Assembly (NCBI GenBank): GCA_963802945.1
Contig: CAWDKY010000032.1
Location: 1 to 64,000, forward strand
Direction: 5' to 3'
DNA from: an uncultured delta proteobacterium
Lineage (GTDB): Bacteria > Desulfobacterota > RBG-13-43-22
DNA length: 64,000 bases
In this document: positions 10,657-20,559 of the stretch, piece after piece
Position numbering within the stretch: position 1 is the first letter of the stretch
Layout of the letters: each line of letters opens with the position of its first letter
Notes under the pieces: model-generated
Databases searched by the model: none
Told to the model about the DNA's origin: nothing
The model's input: only the letters and a program-made list of their open reading frames with translations
Translations under genes and position numbers: made by a program

Positions 10657-11588
10657 AGATCTCTTTGATGTAATAAATCGGTTTCCCTTGAGATTCGTGA
10701 TAAGTTCGGACCTGAAGTTCGCCCAAAAGGCCCATGCTGATAAACTGAATGCCGATAAAGATCAAAAGAACGGCTAAAAGCAGAATGGGTCGGTTGGCCA
10801 AAGGAACGGCGAAAAATAATCGTTGAACAGTCAAATAGCAGGCCAAGCCGAAACCGGCCAACCCCGACAAGGATCCCCCAAAGCCCAAAGACATGGATGG
10901 GTCTGGTAGAATAGGTCAATAAAAACTTAACGGTTATCAGATCCAACAGAACTCTTATGGTCCTGGAGATTCCATAGTTAGACCGACCAAATTTGCGGGA
11001 TCGATGGTTAACCGGTATCTCGGCAATGGTCACTCCCATCCAACTGGCAGTAGCCGGGATGAAACGATGCATCTCGCCGTACAATCGGATGTGTTTAGCA
11101 ACCTCCTTTTTAAAGGCCTTCAAGGTGCAACCGTAATCATGGAGCTTCACTCCTGTAACCCAGGAGATCATCTTGTTGGCTATTAGGGAAGGGAGACGTC
11201 TGGAGAAAAAAGGATCCTCCCGTTTTTCCCGCCATCCGCTTACGATGTCGTATCCTTCTCTGATCTTGGCAACCAGCGCAGGAATATCCTTGGGGTCGTT
11301 TTGAAGATCGCCGTCCATGGTTATGATGATATCACCCTTAGCCGAATCAAAACCGGCCGAAAGGGCCGCCGTCTGCCCAAAATTTTTTCTCAGGCGCAGC
11401 ACCTTGATATGATTGCGCCGTATAGCTTCCTCCTTTAAGAGAGCAAAGGTTTCATCCATACTCCCGTCATCGATGGCTAAAATTTCCCACGTCAGTTCCG
11501 TGTCTTGGAGTGCCTGGCACAGTTCATCGAAAAAAACCGAAATATTTCGGGCTTCGTTATAAAAAGGGATAATTACCGACAGGTCCAA
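10628..11588 (-). CDS. GT2 glycosyltransferase (ArnC/GtrB-like); apparent frameshift near 10877
   Basis: IIPFYNE, IDDGS, NFGQTAA, MDGDLQNDP, DYGCTLKA and GEMHRFIP. The C-terminal TM part (SMGLLGE..YHESQGKPIY) is in ORF 10628-10894. Confidence 0.9.
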
Positions 11589-11734
11589 ATGGCTTTCCTA
11601 TTTCTCTAATAGTATTGTTAGGTTAGTTGATCATTTTGCAAGTTAGAGGGTTTGGGTTAAAAAGTCAAGATTTATTTGGGAGTATGCTTTCGGGAGGGAA
11701 ATTATTAGGGAGGCATCCCTGAATTTTTGTAGAG

Positions 11735-12691
11735 TTACTCCCTTATTTTTTGCAGCATGAGACCAAGGGTTTCCTGAACGATGGAATAGGGGTCCTTCTC
11801 TCCCCTTTCGATTTGCTGCACGGCCTTTTCGAGGTTTCCATCTTTTTCCCAAAGTTGGAGAATCAGACCGAGTAATTGTTTTTCCAGCAAAGCGATGAGC
11901 TCTTCTCTGATCCGCACCCCCTGCCAAACCCGTCGACGGTCGGAAGAGGCCAGGAGGTTCAGGCTAGTGTTTACCAACTCGGTTATGCCTTCATTCTGAC
12001 TGGCCACGGTTCGGAGGACAGGTGGCCTGGGGTTGTTCTGGGATGAATCCAACTCCAGCATGGCCTGAATATCAAGAAAAACTTGTTCCGCGCCATCCCG
12101 ATCCGACTTGTTGACCACGAAGATATCAGCGATTTCCATGATGCCGGCCTTAAGGGCCTGTACCCCGTCTCCTTGTCCCGGAACGCAGACAACCAGGACC
12201 AGATCGGCTGCCCGGACCACTTCCACTTCATCCTGCCCTACCCCGACCGTTTCGATGAGCACCAAGTCCTTGCCAAAGGCATCCAGAATCTTGGCTACAT
12301 CCCGGGCCGATTGATTTAGGCCGCCCAAAGCCCCTCTGGTGGCCATGGAACGAATGAAGACCTGGTCGAGATTCCACAGGTCTTTCATCCGGACCCGGTC
12401 ACCCAGAATGGAGCCTCCGGAGAAAGGACTGGATGGGTCCACGGCAATGATACCCACTTTGAAGCCCCTGGAAACTAACTCCCGTGCAATTCCGTTGGTT
12501 AATGTACTCTTGCCCGCACCCGGTGAACCGGTGACTCCGATGAGCCGGGCCTTGCCGGACAGGGAGTAAATCTGCTGCATGGCCTCCATCCAGCCGGGCT
12601 CACGATTTTCAACCCGGCTCACTAAACGGGACAGGGCCCGAACTGATCCCTGGCGCATGTTATCAATTAGCTCCGACCAATCGTTGTTCAT
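11735..12691 (-). CDS. meaB: MeaB/ArgK acyl-CoA mutase-associated GTPase
   Basis: GSPGAGKST, AVDPSSPFSGGSILGDRVRM, ETVGVGQDE and NKSD. Confidence 0.95.
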   Translation of the reverse strand: MNNDWSELIDNMRQGSVRALSRLVSRVENREPGWMEAMQQIYSLSGKARLIGVTGSPGAGKSTLTNGIARELVSRGFKVGIIAVDPSSPFSGGSILGDRVRMKDLWNLDQVFIRSMATRGALGGLNQSARDVAKILDAFGKDLVLIETVGVGQDEVEVVRAADLVLVVCVPGQGDGVQALKAGIMEIADIFVVNKSDRDGAEQVFLDIQAMLELDSSQNNPRPPVLRTVASQNEGITELVNTSLNLLASSDRRRVWQGVRIREELIALLEKQLLGLILQLWEKDGNLEKAVQQIERGEKDPYSIVQETLGLMLQKIRE

Positions 12692-12697
12692 GATTTT

Positions 12698-13885
12698 TCA
12701 AACGACTTTTTCCAGCCGCAAGGCGTCTATTTTTTCCTTTGAGAAGCCCAAAAGTTGCGACAGGATCTCTTCCGTATTTTCTCCCATAACAGGAGGATAA
12801 GTGTATTTAGTCCTCAATTCCGGCGGCGTTCCTGACATTTTGATGGGGTTCGCGGTCTGTCTTATCCGCCCGCCCGAATCATTTTCAATCGTGGCCACCA
12901 TATCCGTTGCCGCCACCTGCGGATCGGCCAGGGCTTTGTCCAATGAATTTACCGGCCCGCTGGGCACATCGGCCTCGGTGAGCAGCTTCATCCATTCGTC
13001 GGTCCCCTTGGTAAGAAAAATCTCCTGAATGACTGCATTTCGCTGTTTTTTATTTTCACGAGTGGCCGGACCTTTAAAAAGGGGCTCCTTGAGCACCTCT
13101 TCCCGGCCCATGGCCTTAAACAAACGGGGATATTTATCCCCCACAGCGGCGATGGCGATATACCCATCCTTGGTCTGAAAGGCCTGATAAACCGGGAGGG
13201 TGCGATGCCCTGAACCTACCGGTCCCGGCACTTCGCCAGTTGCAAAATAAATACTCGCTTCATATGCCAGCAGGGCTAATGTGGCTTCAAAAAGTGAGGT
13301 CTCCACTTTTTGCCCCGCGCCGGTGTGTTCCCGGGCATAAAGGGCGGCCATAATGCCATGAGCGGCAAACATGCCTGCACCCAGATCGCTGATGGCGATT
13401 CCTGCCCTCACCGGCGGCCTGCCTTCCTCACCGGTAATGCTCATAGACCCAGTGATGGCCTGGATGGTCACATCATAAGCCGGCCGGTCCCGATAGGGAC
13501 CGTTGGAACCGAACCCGCTGATAGAACAGCAGATGATACGGGGATTAATATTTTTGAGGGTTTCATAGTCCATTTTTAGCCTCTCGAGTACTCCGGGCCT
13601 GAAATTGTCCAACACGACGTCAGAAATTTTCACCAGATCGTAGAAGATCTCCCTCCCCTTCTCCGTCCGGGTATCCAGAGTGATACTCTTCTTGCTGCGG
13701 TTGATGCTCATATTGTAGGCATCCTGCCCTCTATAGGCAGTCGGTCCGGTGAATCCTCTATTGGCGGCCACAGCCTCGATTTTTATAATCTCCGCACCCA
13801 GATCACCCAAAATCATCGAACCAAAGGGGCCGGCTAAGGCACGGGTGAGATCAAGAACTCTTACAGTAGCTAATGCCGTTTCCAT
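12698..13885 (-). CDS. Family III (CaiB/BaiF) CoA transferase
   Basis: VLDLTRALAGP, NRSKKSITLD, NFRPG, SGFGSNGPY..PAYD and catalytic ISD. Confidence 0.93.
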   Translation of the reverse strand: METALATVRVLDLTRALAGPFGSMILGDLGAEIIKIEAVAANRGFTGPTAYRGQDAYNMSINRSKKSITLDTRTEKGREIFYDLVKISDVVLDNFRPGVLERLKMDYETLKNINPRIICCSISGFGSNGPYRDRPAYDVTIQAITGSMSITGEEGRPPVRAGIAISDLGAGMFAAHGIMAALYAREHTGAGQKVETSLFEATLALLAYEASIYFATGEVPGPVGSGHRTLPVYQAFQTKDGYIAIAAVGDKYPRLFKAMGREEVLKEPLFKGPATRENKKQRNAVIQEIFLTKGTDEWMKLLTEADVPSGPVNSLDKALADPQVAATDMVATIENDSGGRIRQTANPIKMSGTPPELRTKYTYPPVMGENTEEILSQLLGFSKEKIDALRLEKVV

Positions 13886-13917
13886 TAATTAATTTCCTTT
13901 CTATGATGTAATAAAAA

Positions 13918-13975
13918 AAGGTTTAAGGTTCAAGGTGTAAGGTCCAAGGAAAAACCTTAAACCATAAACCATGTA
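13918..13975. repeat. Heptamer array plus inverted array
   Basis: AAGGTTT-AAGGTTC-AAGGTGT-AAGGTCC-AAGGAAAAACCTT-AAACCAT-AAACCAT. Confidence 0.8.
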
Positions 13976-15334
13976 TCATGTACCTTGAACTTTTGGTTGA
14001 ACGCGTTTCACGAACGTTTTTATATTCTTCAAATCTTCCAAGGCCAGGATGGATTTTAGGATCTTATCCGCCCGCTCTCGGCCCATAACGGGGGCGCACA
14101 AATCCATAAATTTAGTTCGCACCTTTTCCTTTTTTATTTCCAGTTCAGGTATTTCATTGAGAATGTCATTAAAACCTTGAAACACCCGGCCGGCATGGGT
14201 CTTCACTTCGACCTTGGCGGCCAGGCCCTGAATGTTTGAATCCAACACAACCTCAATCTTTTTCATCAAATCCCTTATGTCGGGATCATCCACCTTTTCA
14301 TCGGTAAAGGCCTGCATGCCCGTATCGCCTCTCAAAAGGGCATTGGCCACACAATAATAAATACTGAATTTGCCTTCCAGTCCGGTCTTCGGGATCGTTT
14401 TCCCGGCGATGGCTATGGCTGTTTGAGAAGTGCGTACGGTTATGGATTGGATGTCTGGAGCAGTCAAATTATCTTCCTTGACCATGTTTAACACAGCCTC
14501 TATGGCCGAATGGGTACCATGACAAGAGGCATGGTATTTCTGGGCCAGTTTGTCCGTATCCCAGGTTCTTCCCAACGAGGCCACGGCCCTTTCGTTTACC
14601 CGGCCTTTTAAAAGCTGGAAAAAACCGTCCGGCCCTTCCAGGATATCCTCGGCACTGGTGAATTGATCATCGGCCAACAGAACCGCTTCCAATCCCACCT
14701 GGGAGGCCCGGCCGGCATGATAGGGCTTGCACATGGTACCAAACACCCGCTTTAACCCTGAGGCCTGAGTTCCGGCTATGCCCAGGGCATAAACTGTCTG
14801 TTGTTCGTCCAATCCCAACAATCGGGCACAACCGGCGGCTGAGGCCAAACGTCCTATGGTTGAAGTTCCGTGCCACCCGGCCCCGTAATGTTCCACTCCG
14901 GCGCAGACACCGATAACGGCCCCGGCTTTAAGACCAATGATGTAGGCCGTTAAAAAATCAAATCCCGATTTTTCCTTCCACTCGGACAAGGCCAGTAAAC
15001 CTGGGAATAAGGTCACCGAGGGGTGGCCGGAGAATTGGGCCATGGTATCATCATAATCCAGGGCATGCGACATGGCTCCATGAATTAAAGCGGCCTGACT
15101 GACGTTGGTTTTCAGGCCGTGTCCCAGGACCGTGGCCTGAGGATTGCCTCCCATGAGCTCGGCATAATGGATAAGCTTCAATACCAGCGGCTCGTCTTTG
15201 CCGGCCATCCCCACAGCCAGCCAATCCAGAAAGGCTACCTTGGCCTGCTCAAAGCACTCGAAGGGAATGGTTGAAGAATCAATGTCAACAATAAATCGGG
15301 CGATGGTTTTAGTTAGTCCGAGATTTGCTTCCAT
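13976..15334 (-). CDS. MmgE/PrpD family protein
   Basis: HALDYDD, GHPS, GWHGT, KPYHAG, KYHASC and KFSIYY. Confidence 0.92.
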   Translation of the reverse strand: MEANLGLTKTIARFIVDIDSSTIPFECFEQAKVAFLDWLAVGMAGKDEPLVLKLIHYAELMGGNPQATVLGHGLKTNVSQAALIHGAMSHALDYDDTMAQFSGHPSVTLFPGLLALSEWKEKSGFDFLTAYIIGLKAGAVIGVCAGVEHYGAGWHGTSTIGRLASAAGCARLLGLDEQQTVYALGIAGTQASGLKRVFGTMCKPYHAGRASQVGLEAVLLADDQFTSAEDILEGPDGFFQLLKGRVNERAVASLGRTWDTDKLAQKYHASCHGTHSAIEAVLNMVKEDNLTAPDIQSITVRTSQTAIAIAGKTIPKTGLEGKFSIYYCVANALLRGDTGMQAFTDEKVDDPDIRDLMKKIEVVLDSNIQGLAAKVEVKTHAGRVFQGFNDILNEIPELEIKKEKVRTKFMDLCAPVMGRERADKILKSILALEDLKNIKTFVKRVQPKVQGT

Positions 15335-15357
15335 CCTTTCACTCCTCTAAAAAGAAA

Positions 15358-15468
15358 ATAGGGTACATGGTACACGGTGCACGGTACAGGGTATAAGGTC
15401 TAAGGTTCACGGTATATGGTATATGGTTTAAGGTTTTCCTTACACCTTGTACCTTAAACCTTGGACCT
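15358..15468. repeat. Heptamer array plus inverted array
   Basis: About 10 units of N(A/C/T)GGTNN, then AAGGTTTTCCTT, then ACCTT-type inverted units. Confidence 0.8.
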
Positions 15469-15469
15469 A

Positions 15470-16267
15470 TTATCTGCCTTTAAATTCCGGTTTACGTTTT
15501 TGCATAAAGGCCTTCTGGGCTTCTTTCAGATCCTCACTGTTGAAGGCCTGGCCTATAAGTTTGTTGGCCTCCCGGCGGTCCTCGTCCGACAATTTGAACG
15601 ATTGAGAAAGCAGATTCAGAATTCTTTTCGTTCCTTTTACGGATAAAGGGGAATTACCGGCAATTTCTTCGGCCATTACATAGACAAAGGATTCCAATTC
15701 CTGCCTGGGCAGCAGGTAATGTACCAGCCCCATTTCCTTGGCTCTCCCCGCAGGATAATAGCGTCCGGTAAAAAAAAGCTCCCGGGTATTGGAAATTCCG
15801 ATGATCTGAATAAAACGCATCAACCCCGCCAGTTGATAAATCAAACCCAATTTAGCCGGGGGCATGCCCATTCGTATATCGTCGGCCCCGATGCGCAGAT
15901 CGCAGCAGACGGCCAATTCACAGCCCGCACCAAAGGCATACCCATTCAACAGAGCAATAACAGGATAGGGGAAGTTGATGACGCTGTTCAAGGCAAGCTC
16001 CAGGGGGTTCTGTTCTCTCAACTGTTCCCGGGTTCTTGGGGAAACCTCGGTGGGAATGGCACCGATATCATACCCCGATGAAAAGGCTTGGTCACCGGCA
16101 CCGCGTATGACCACTGCTCGCACTGTGTCCTCTTGAATAAAATCTTCCAGGGCCTGGTGCATTTTGATCAACATGTCCGGAGAAAGGGAGTTTCGTTTTT
16201 CAGGACGGTTTATGACCAGGGTTCCCACCTGGTCTTTTATCTCAACCAATAAAGTCTCTGTGCTCAC
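15470..16267 (-). CDS. Crotonase-superfamily enzyme (enoyl-CoA hydratase/ScpB-like)
   Basis: NRPEKRNS, FSSGYDI, PVIALLNG, GAGCEL, MPPAKLGLIY and KRKPEFKGR. Confidence 0.9.
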   Translation of the reverse strand: MSTETLLVEIKDQVGTLVINRPEKRNSLSPDMLIKMHQALEDFIQEDTVRAVVIRGAGDQAFSSGYDIGAIPTEVSPRTREQLREQNPLELALNSVINFPYPVIALLNGYAFGAGCELAVCCDLRIGADDIRMGMPPAKLGLIYQLAGLMRFIQIIGISNTRELFFTGRYYPAGRAKEMGLVHYLLPRQELESFVYVMAEEIAGNSPLSVKGTKRILNLLSQSFKLSDEDRREANKLIGQAFNSEDLKEAQKAFMQKRKPEFKGR

Positions 16268-16289
16268 TTGGATACCTCCATAATTTTGA

Positions 16290-16392
16290 AAATAGGGTAC
16301 AAGGTTCAGGGTTTAAGGTCCAAGGTAAAACCTCAAACCCTATACCGTGAACCTTGTACCCTATACCTTGAACCTTAAACCCTGCACTGTGT
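16290..16392. repeat. Heptamer array plus inverted array
   Basis: AGGGTAC-AAGGTTC-AGGGTTT-AAGGTCC-AAGGTAAAACCTC followed by about 8 ACC(T/C)-type units. Confidence 0.8.
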
Positions 16393-16397
16393 CTATC

Positions 16398-16802
16398 TCA
16401 CCCGTTGAGATGGACATGCTTCTTGATCGCCTCCACAATCTGATCTATGCTGGCTCCGGAGGTAAAGATCTCCGCCACCCCCATTTCCTTCAGGGCTGGG
16501 ATATCTTCATCTGGAATAACTCCCCCCAGCACCAGCACTACATCTTCGCCCCCTTGGGCCTTTAGTCCTTCAGCCACCCGCCGGGTCAGGGCCAGATGAG
16601 CCCCGGAAAGAATAGACAGACCCACCACGTCCACATCCTCCTGTATGGCCGCCCGAACAATGGAATCGGTGGTCTGCCTCAGACCTGAATAGATCACTTC
16701 AAAACCAGCGTCGCGTAGAGAATAGGCAATCACTTTGGCCCCTCTGTCGTGACCGTCCAGGCCGGGCTTGGCCACAAGTACCCTGATTCTTTTTTCAGTC
16801 AT
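16398..16802 (-). CDS. Cobalamin-binding small subunit of an acyl-CoA mutase
   Basis: [10 protein letters not shown] (DxHxxG), SILSGAH and GGVIP. Confidence 0.95.
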   Translation of the reverse strand: MTEKRIRVLVAKPGLDGHDRGAKVIAYSLRDAGFEVIYSGLRQTTDSIVRAAIQEDVDVVGLSILSGAHLALTRRVAEGLKAQGGEDVVLVLGGVIPDEDIPALKEMGVAEIFTSGASIDQIVEAIKKHVHLNG

Positions 16803-16827
16803 GGCTGTTCTCCTTTAAAACAATATT

Positions 16828-16892
16828 ATGGTGCAAGGTGCACGGTATAGGGTTTAAGGTTTTCCCTTGGACCTATCCTTTACCCCTTGAAT
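16828..16892. repeat. Heptamer array plus inverted array
   Basis: ATGGTGC-AAGGTGC-ACGGTAT-AGGGTTT-AAGGTTTTCCCTT-GGACCT. Confidence 0.75.
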
Positions 16893-16936
16893 CTCTTTCA
16901 TGCTAAACTGCGCCCGCATAAAACGGACATAGGGAT

Positions 16937-18727
16937 TCAATCGAAAATGGGATCGCATTCGATCAACTCCACAGGAATCCCGGTCAGGCGCTCAATGTCT
17001 TTGTATACCCTTCCGGTCAGATCCCTTCCCCATCCGCTCAAATGAAAAGGAGAGGAGGGGATGACGATCAAGTCAGGCAACACCCGATCTTCATTTAAAA
17101 AGTCTTTTACCGCGGCGATAAAATCTTCCACCACCAACAAATCACCCATAAAGATATTTCCCCCCAAGTATTGATTGGACGGAACACGCAGATGGAAATG
17201 CACATCAGCCGGGAAAAGGGTTTCCCGGATCCGTTTTTCTAATATGGGTTTTACCAGGGTGGAGGTCAAAACCAGTATCTCCCGAGCCTTCTCTGAAGCA
17301 ATCATGGTTTGCAGTTGTTCCATCCAACTTAAGGGGATCCCGGCCGATGGGAAGACACATCCGGCAAAGGGGACTGTTCGAGGGTCAAAGGGGTATTCGA
17401 AGTGATTCAAATCCATGTCCAGATCCAACAATCCACCAGACCGCTCCACGATCAGCGAAACTTTTTCCAGGCTGCTGTTTTGGACCATCCCTAATAGGGA
17501 AAGGGCCTGGGTCCGGTTTTTGATCCGAAGGCCGTTGATGCCGATTAACCGGTCTCCGAGTACCAAACCTGCTCTGGCCGCCGGAGAATGCTTAATCACC
17601 CCAATCAGACGTGGAGTGTCAATGGCCTCCGGGTCCAAGTATTCTTCATATAAACCGGGACGAATGATCAGGGGACAGTCCGTAACGGTCCTGAGGTGCT
17701 GAATCTCGATCTTCAACCGGTTCCAAACCTCTTCCCGATCAAAAAGGGTCTTTTTGGAAAACCAACGCGAATACCCCGGCAGGCTGATCTGAATATAGGC
17801 TGGGCTAAAGCGGGCTGAAAAAGCAACGGTTGGGGCAAGGTCCTCCAGCATTTCTTTAAAGGAAGGGAAAGGCCAGGGCACAATGACCACCGAATAGGGA
17901 ATATGGGTGGACCCAAGTTCGGCCAAGGCATTGAGGGCCACCTCTGGTTTATGGTCTCCCATAAGCCAGCGACGACGATTGGGCGAACTGGTATTTAAGG
18001 AGAGATCTATAAGCAAAGGCTGATATTGAGACAAGTCCCGAATCATCTCTGGAGTGAGAAGGGATCCGTTGGTCGGGATCCGAAAGACTTCGTCGGTCTT
18101 TCGGCGAAGGGCAGCCAGTATCTCCAGGATATAGGGATGGGTAAGCATCTCACAGGGACTGCCCGTATCGGGGAACAGACTTAACTTGGACCCTGGGACG
18201 TAATAAGCAATGCGGGTCAAAATTTCCTGATATTCTGCTTCGGCCTTTCGGGAAGTCTCTTTGAAGACCGGCGGGCTACCGAGGTTGTAACAAAAACGAC
18301 ACTTCAGGTTGCAGCGGGTGGCTGCCTGGGCCAGGATGTCGGCAGCCCCGCCGCCGGGTTTCAGCCATTGATCAGGTCTTTTCAAGCGAAAACCGTCTAT
18401 TCGAACTGGCTTTCCCTGATATTCGAAATCCACGATGGAAAGGATCAATTCCATCCATTGGCGGATATAAGGAAGGCGCGGTTCATAAATGTCCAGACGA
18501 TCAATGTATTGGGCAGACTCCTGGTTGACATCAGGATAAAGGGGATGGTCCATATCGGGTTCGTCCAACAGACGATATCCGTCTATGTGGACCCTTTTAC
18601 CCTTCCAGGTGAGAGTCAACAGGTCCAGGATGGCCCGAAGGTGCCCGGCCAACATTTCTTGTAGGTTCAAAGGACCAGGGCGAGAAACATCTCCCACCGG
18701 GTACCTGAAAAGGTACTCCATATTCAT
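16937..18727 (-). CDS. Radical SAM protein with PDZ and C-terminal DUF512-like domain
   Basis: CNLKCRFC (CxxxCxxC), PTNGSLL, PDZ (HSPAARAGLVLGDRLIGING), and DUF512-like NQYLGGNIFMGDLLVVEDF..DLIVIP..GIPVELI. Start placed at ATG 18727 after AAGGAA, which avoids overlap with the mutase. Confidence 0.82.
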   Translation of the reverse strand: MNMEYLFRYPVGDVSRPGPLNLQEMLAGHLRAILDLLTLTWKGKRVHIDGYRLLDEPDMDHPLYPDVNQESAQYIDRLDIYEPRLPYIRQWMELILSIVDFEYQGKPVRIDGFRLKRPDQWLKPGGGAADILAQAATRCNLKCRFCYNLGSPPVFKETSRKAEAEYQEILTRIAYYVPGSKLSLFPDTGSPCEMLTHPYILEILAALRRKTDEVFRIPTNGSLLTPEMIRDLSQYQPLLIDLSLNTSSPNRRRWLMGDHKPEVALNALAELGSTHIPYSVVIVPWPFPSFKEMLEDLAPTVAFSARFSPAYIQISLPGYSRWFSKKTLFDREEVWNRLKIEIQHLRTVTDCPLIIRPGLYEEYLDPEAIDTPRLIGVIKHSPAARAGLVLGDRLIGINGLRIKNRTQALSLLGMVQNSSLEKVSLIVERSGGLLDLDMDLNHFEYPFDPRTVPFAGCVFPSAGIPLSWMEQLQTMIASEKAREILVLTSTLVKPILEKRIRETLFPADVHFHLRVPSNQYLGGNIFMGDLLVVEDFIAAVKDFLNEDRVLPDLIVIPSSPFHLSGWGRDLTGRVYKDIERLTGIPVELIECDPIFD

Positions 18728-18767
18728 TTGGGAATTCCTTATGATGTTAGGTTCCAACCCGGGTTCT

Positions 18768-20516
18768 TTAGAAAATGGAAGGGGGATCATATTCTCCGAA
18801 AACATCCCTGAGTACATCGCAAACCTCTTGTAAGGTGACGTAAGCCTTGGCGCAAGCAATCAGGTGACTGACCAGGTTTACTTTCTCTTCCGTTGCTTGT
18901 TTTTTTAACTCGATCAATAGCCTCTGAACCTCCGAGTTATCCCTTTTCTTCTTGACCTCTTTTAAATTGGCGATCTGTTTCTCCTCCGCCCGGGCACGTC
19001 GATCGGGATCATAAGGGTGCGGGACCAGGCGTGTGGTCTGAACCTCAAGTTCGTGTTCGCCGGTAAAACAGTTCACTCCCACCACCAGGATTTCACCGCT
19101 GGCGATTTTTTTCTGATGTTCATAGGCGTTTCGAGTCACCTCCCGTTGAACATAGCCCTGTTCAATGGCGGCCACGATTCCTCCCATCTTATCCAGTTTG
19201 TCCAATTCGGCCCAGGCCTCTCTCTCAATCTCATCGGTCGTGGCTTCCATATAATAAGAACCGGCGAAAGGGTCGGTCACTTCCATCAATCTGGCCTCGC
19301 AGGACAGGATTCGACTGACGTCCTGAGATAATTGCGAAGCCTCCCGGCTCCATCCCAGTCCGAGTGGTTCGTCATATGGCGGGAAGGCCGATGGTGGTCC
19401 CCCGGATAAGGCCCCGGCCACGGCCCCAAGAACAGCCCTGGTCAGGTTATTCAGCGGTCGCTGTTTGGTGGTGCTCGAAGGCCCGATATGGGCGGTCATC
19501 TGTTCCCTGAGCAGCATACTGCGGGGATTCTTGGCCCCGAAACGCTCTTTGAGAATTCGGGCATACATACGGCGGGCAGCCCTCTGAAAGGCTATTTCCT
19601 GCAAGAACTCCATACTCCCGCCCATGGCGTTGAAGGTGAAACGGGGTGCAAAGGCGTCCACCTCCAAACCGGCATCAATCCCTTCCTGCAGATAGGCGCA
19701 GGCAATGGCCATACTATAAGCCAGGTCCTGAACACGCGTGGCCCCGGCTTCCCGGATGTGATAACCTCCCATGCTGGTAATATTCATACGCGGCATATAT
19801 TGGTTGATAAAGGTCAGGGTGTCCCGGAAAAAACGCATGGCCGATTTGGGTGGGAAAATATAGGCCCCCCGGGCGATATATTCTTTCAAGATATCATTTT
19901 GAGGGGTGGCCTGCAGTTTGTCCAAAGGGATACCCCGCTTTTCGGCCAAGGCCGCATACATGGCGATCAGATAAATAGCCGGGGCATTGATGGTGAAATT
20001 GGAAGCGATGCGGTCCAGGTTAAGGTCCCCCTGATAAGGTTCGTAAATTATCTCCAGGTCTCGAAGGGTATCGATGGCTACTCCCACCTTGCCCACCTCT
20101 CCGGCCATCAAGGGATTGTCGGAGTCGTAGCCGCATTGCGTCACCAGGTCCATAGCCAGATTGGGGCCTTGCCGGGCGCCCCGGGAAATAGTCTGTTTAT
20201 AATAGTCCCGGGTGTCTTCCGGCGTTCCGTATCCGGAATAGCCTGAGGCCCGGGTCAACCCTGAGCCGGAACGGCTACTCCTAGCCGCTGTCCTGGAAAC
20301 ACCGGCCCGGGGATCGAATGGATAGATGTTGGCGGTAAACGGATACTCTCCCGGAAAGCCGACCTGGTTAAGAAAATCAAAGTCCTGGATATCTAGAGGC
20401 GTATAGAATCGGCTGGGAGATTCGTTAAAAATTGGAAAACGCTCCAGGGCCTTCTTCACCGTCCGATCCTGCCATTGCTGTCTTCTCTGACGGATTTTTT
20501 CATATTGATCGCTCAT
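18768..20516 (-). CDS. Divergent acyl-CoA mutase large (substrate-binding) subunit, methylmalonyl-CoA mutase family
   Basis: GFPGEYPFT, GYDSD..GEVGKVGVAIDT, FTINAPA, QNDILKEYIARG, GYHIREAG and DPFAGSYY. Confidence 0.93.
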   Translation of the reverse strand: MSDQYEKIRQRRQQWQDRTVKKALERFPIFNESPSRFYTPLDIQDFDFLNQVGFPGEYPFTANIYPFDPRAGVSRTAARSSRSGSGLTRASGYSGYGTPEDTRDYYKQTISRGARQGPNLAMDLVTQCGYDSDNPLMAGEVGKVGVAIDTLRDLEIIYEPYQGDLNLDRIASNFTINAPAIYLIAMYAALAEKRGIPLDKLQATPQNDILKEYIARGAYIFPPKSAMRFFRDTLTFINQYMPRMNITSMGGYHIREAGATRVQDLAYSMAIACAYLQEGIDAGLEVDAFAPRFTFNAMGGSMEFLQEIAFQRAARRMYARILKERFGAKNPRSMLLREQMTAHIGPSSTTKQRPLNNLTRAVLGAVAGALSGGPPSAFPPYDEPLGLGWSREASQLSQDVSRILSCEARLMEVTDPFAGSYYMEATTDEIEREAWAELDKLDKMGGIVAAIEQGYVQREVTRNAYEHQKKIASGEILVVGVNCFTGEHELEVQTTRLVPHPYDPDRRARAEEKQIANLKEVKKKRDNSEVQRLLIELKKQATEEKVNLVSHLIACAKAYVTLQEVCDVLRDVFGEYDPPSIF

Positions 20517-20559
20517 CTTTTCCCCTCCGAGTAAAAAATTCTTGCTTGATATTATATTG

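Noticed and set aside
18728-18859. Extended N-terminus of the radical SAM ORF overlapping the mutase gene
   Set aside because: A 92-nt same-strand overlap is unlikely. The ATG at 18727 has an SD-like AAGGAA.
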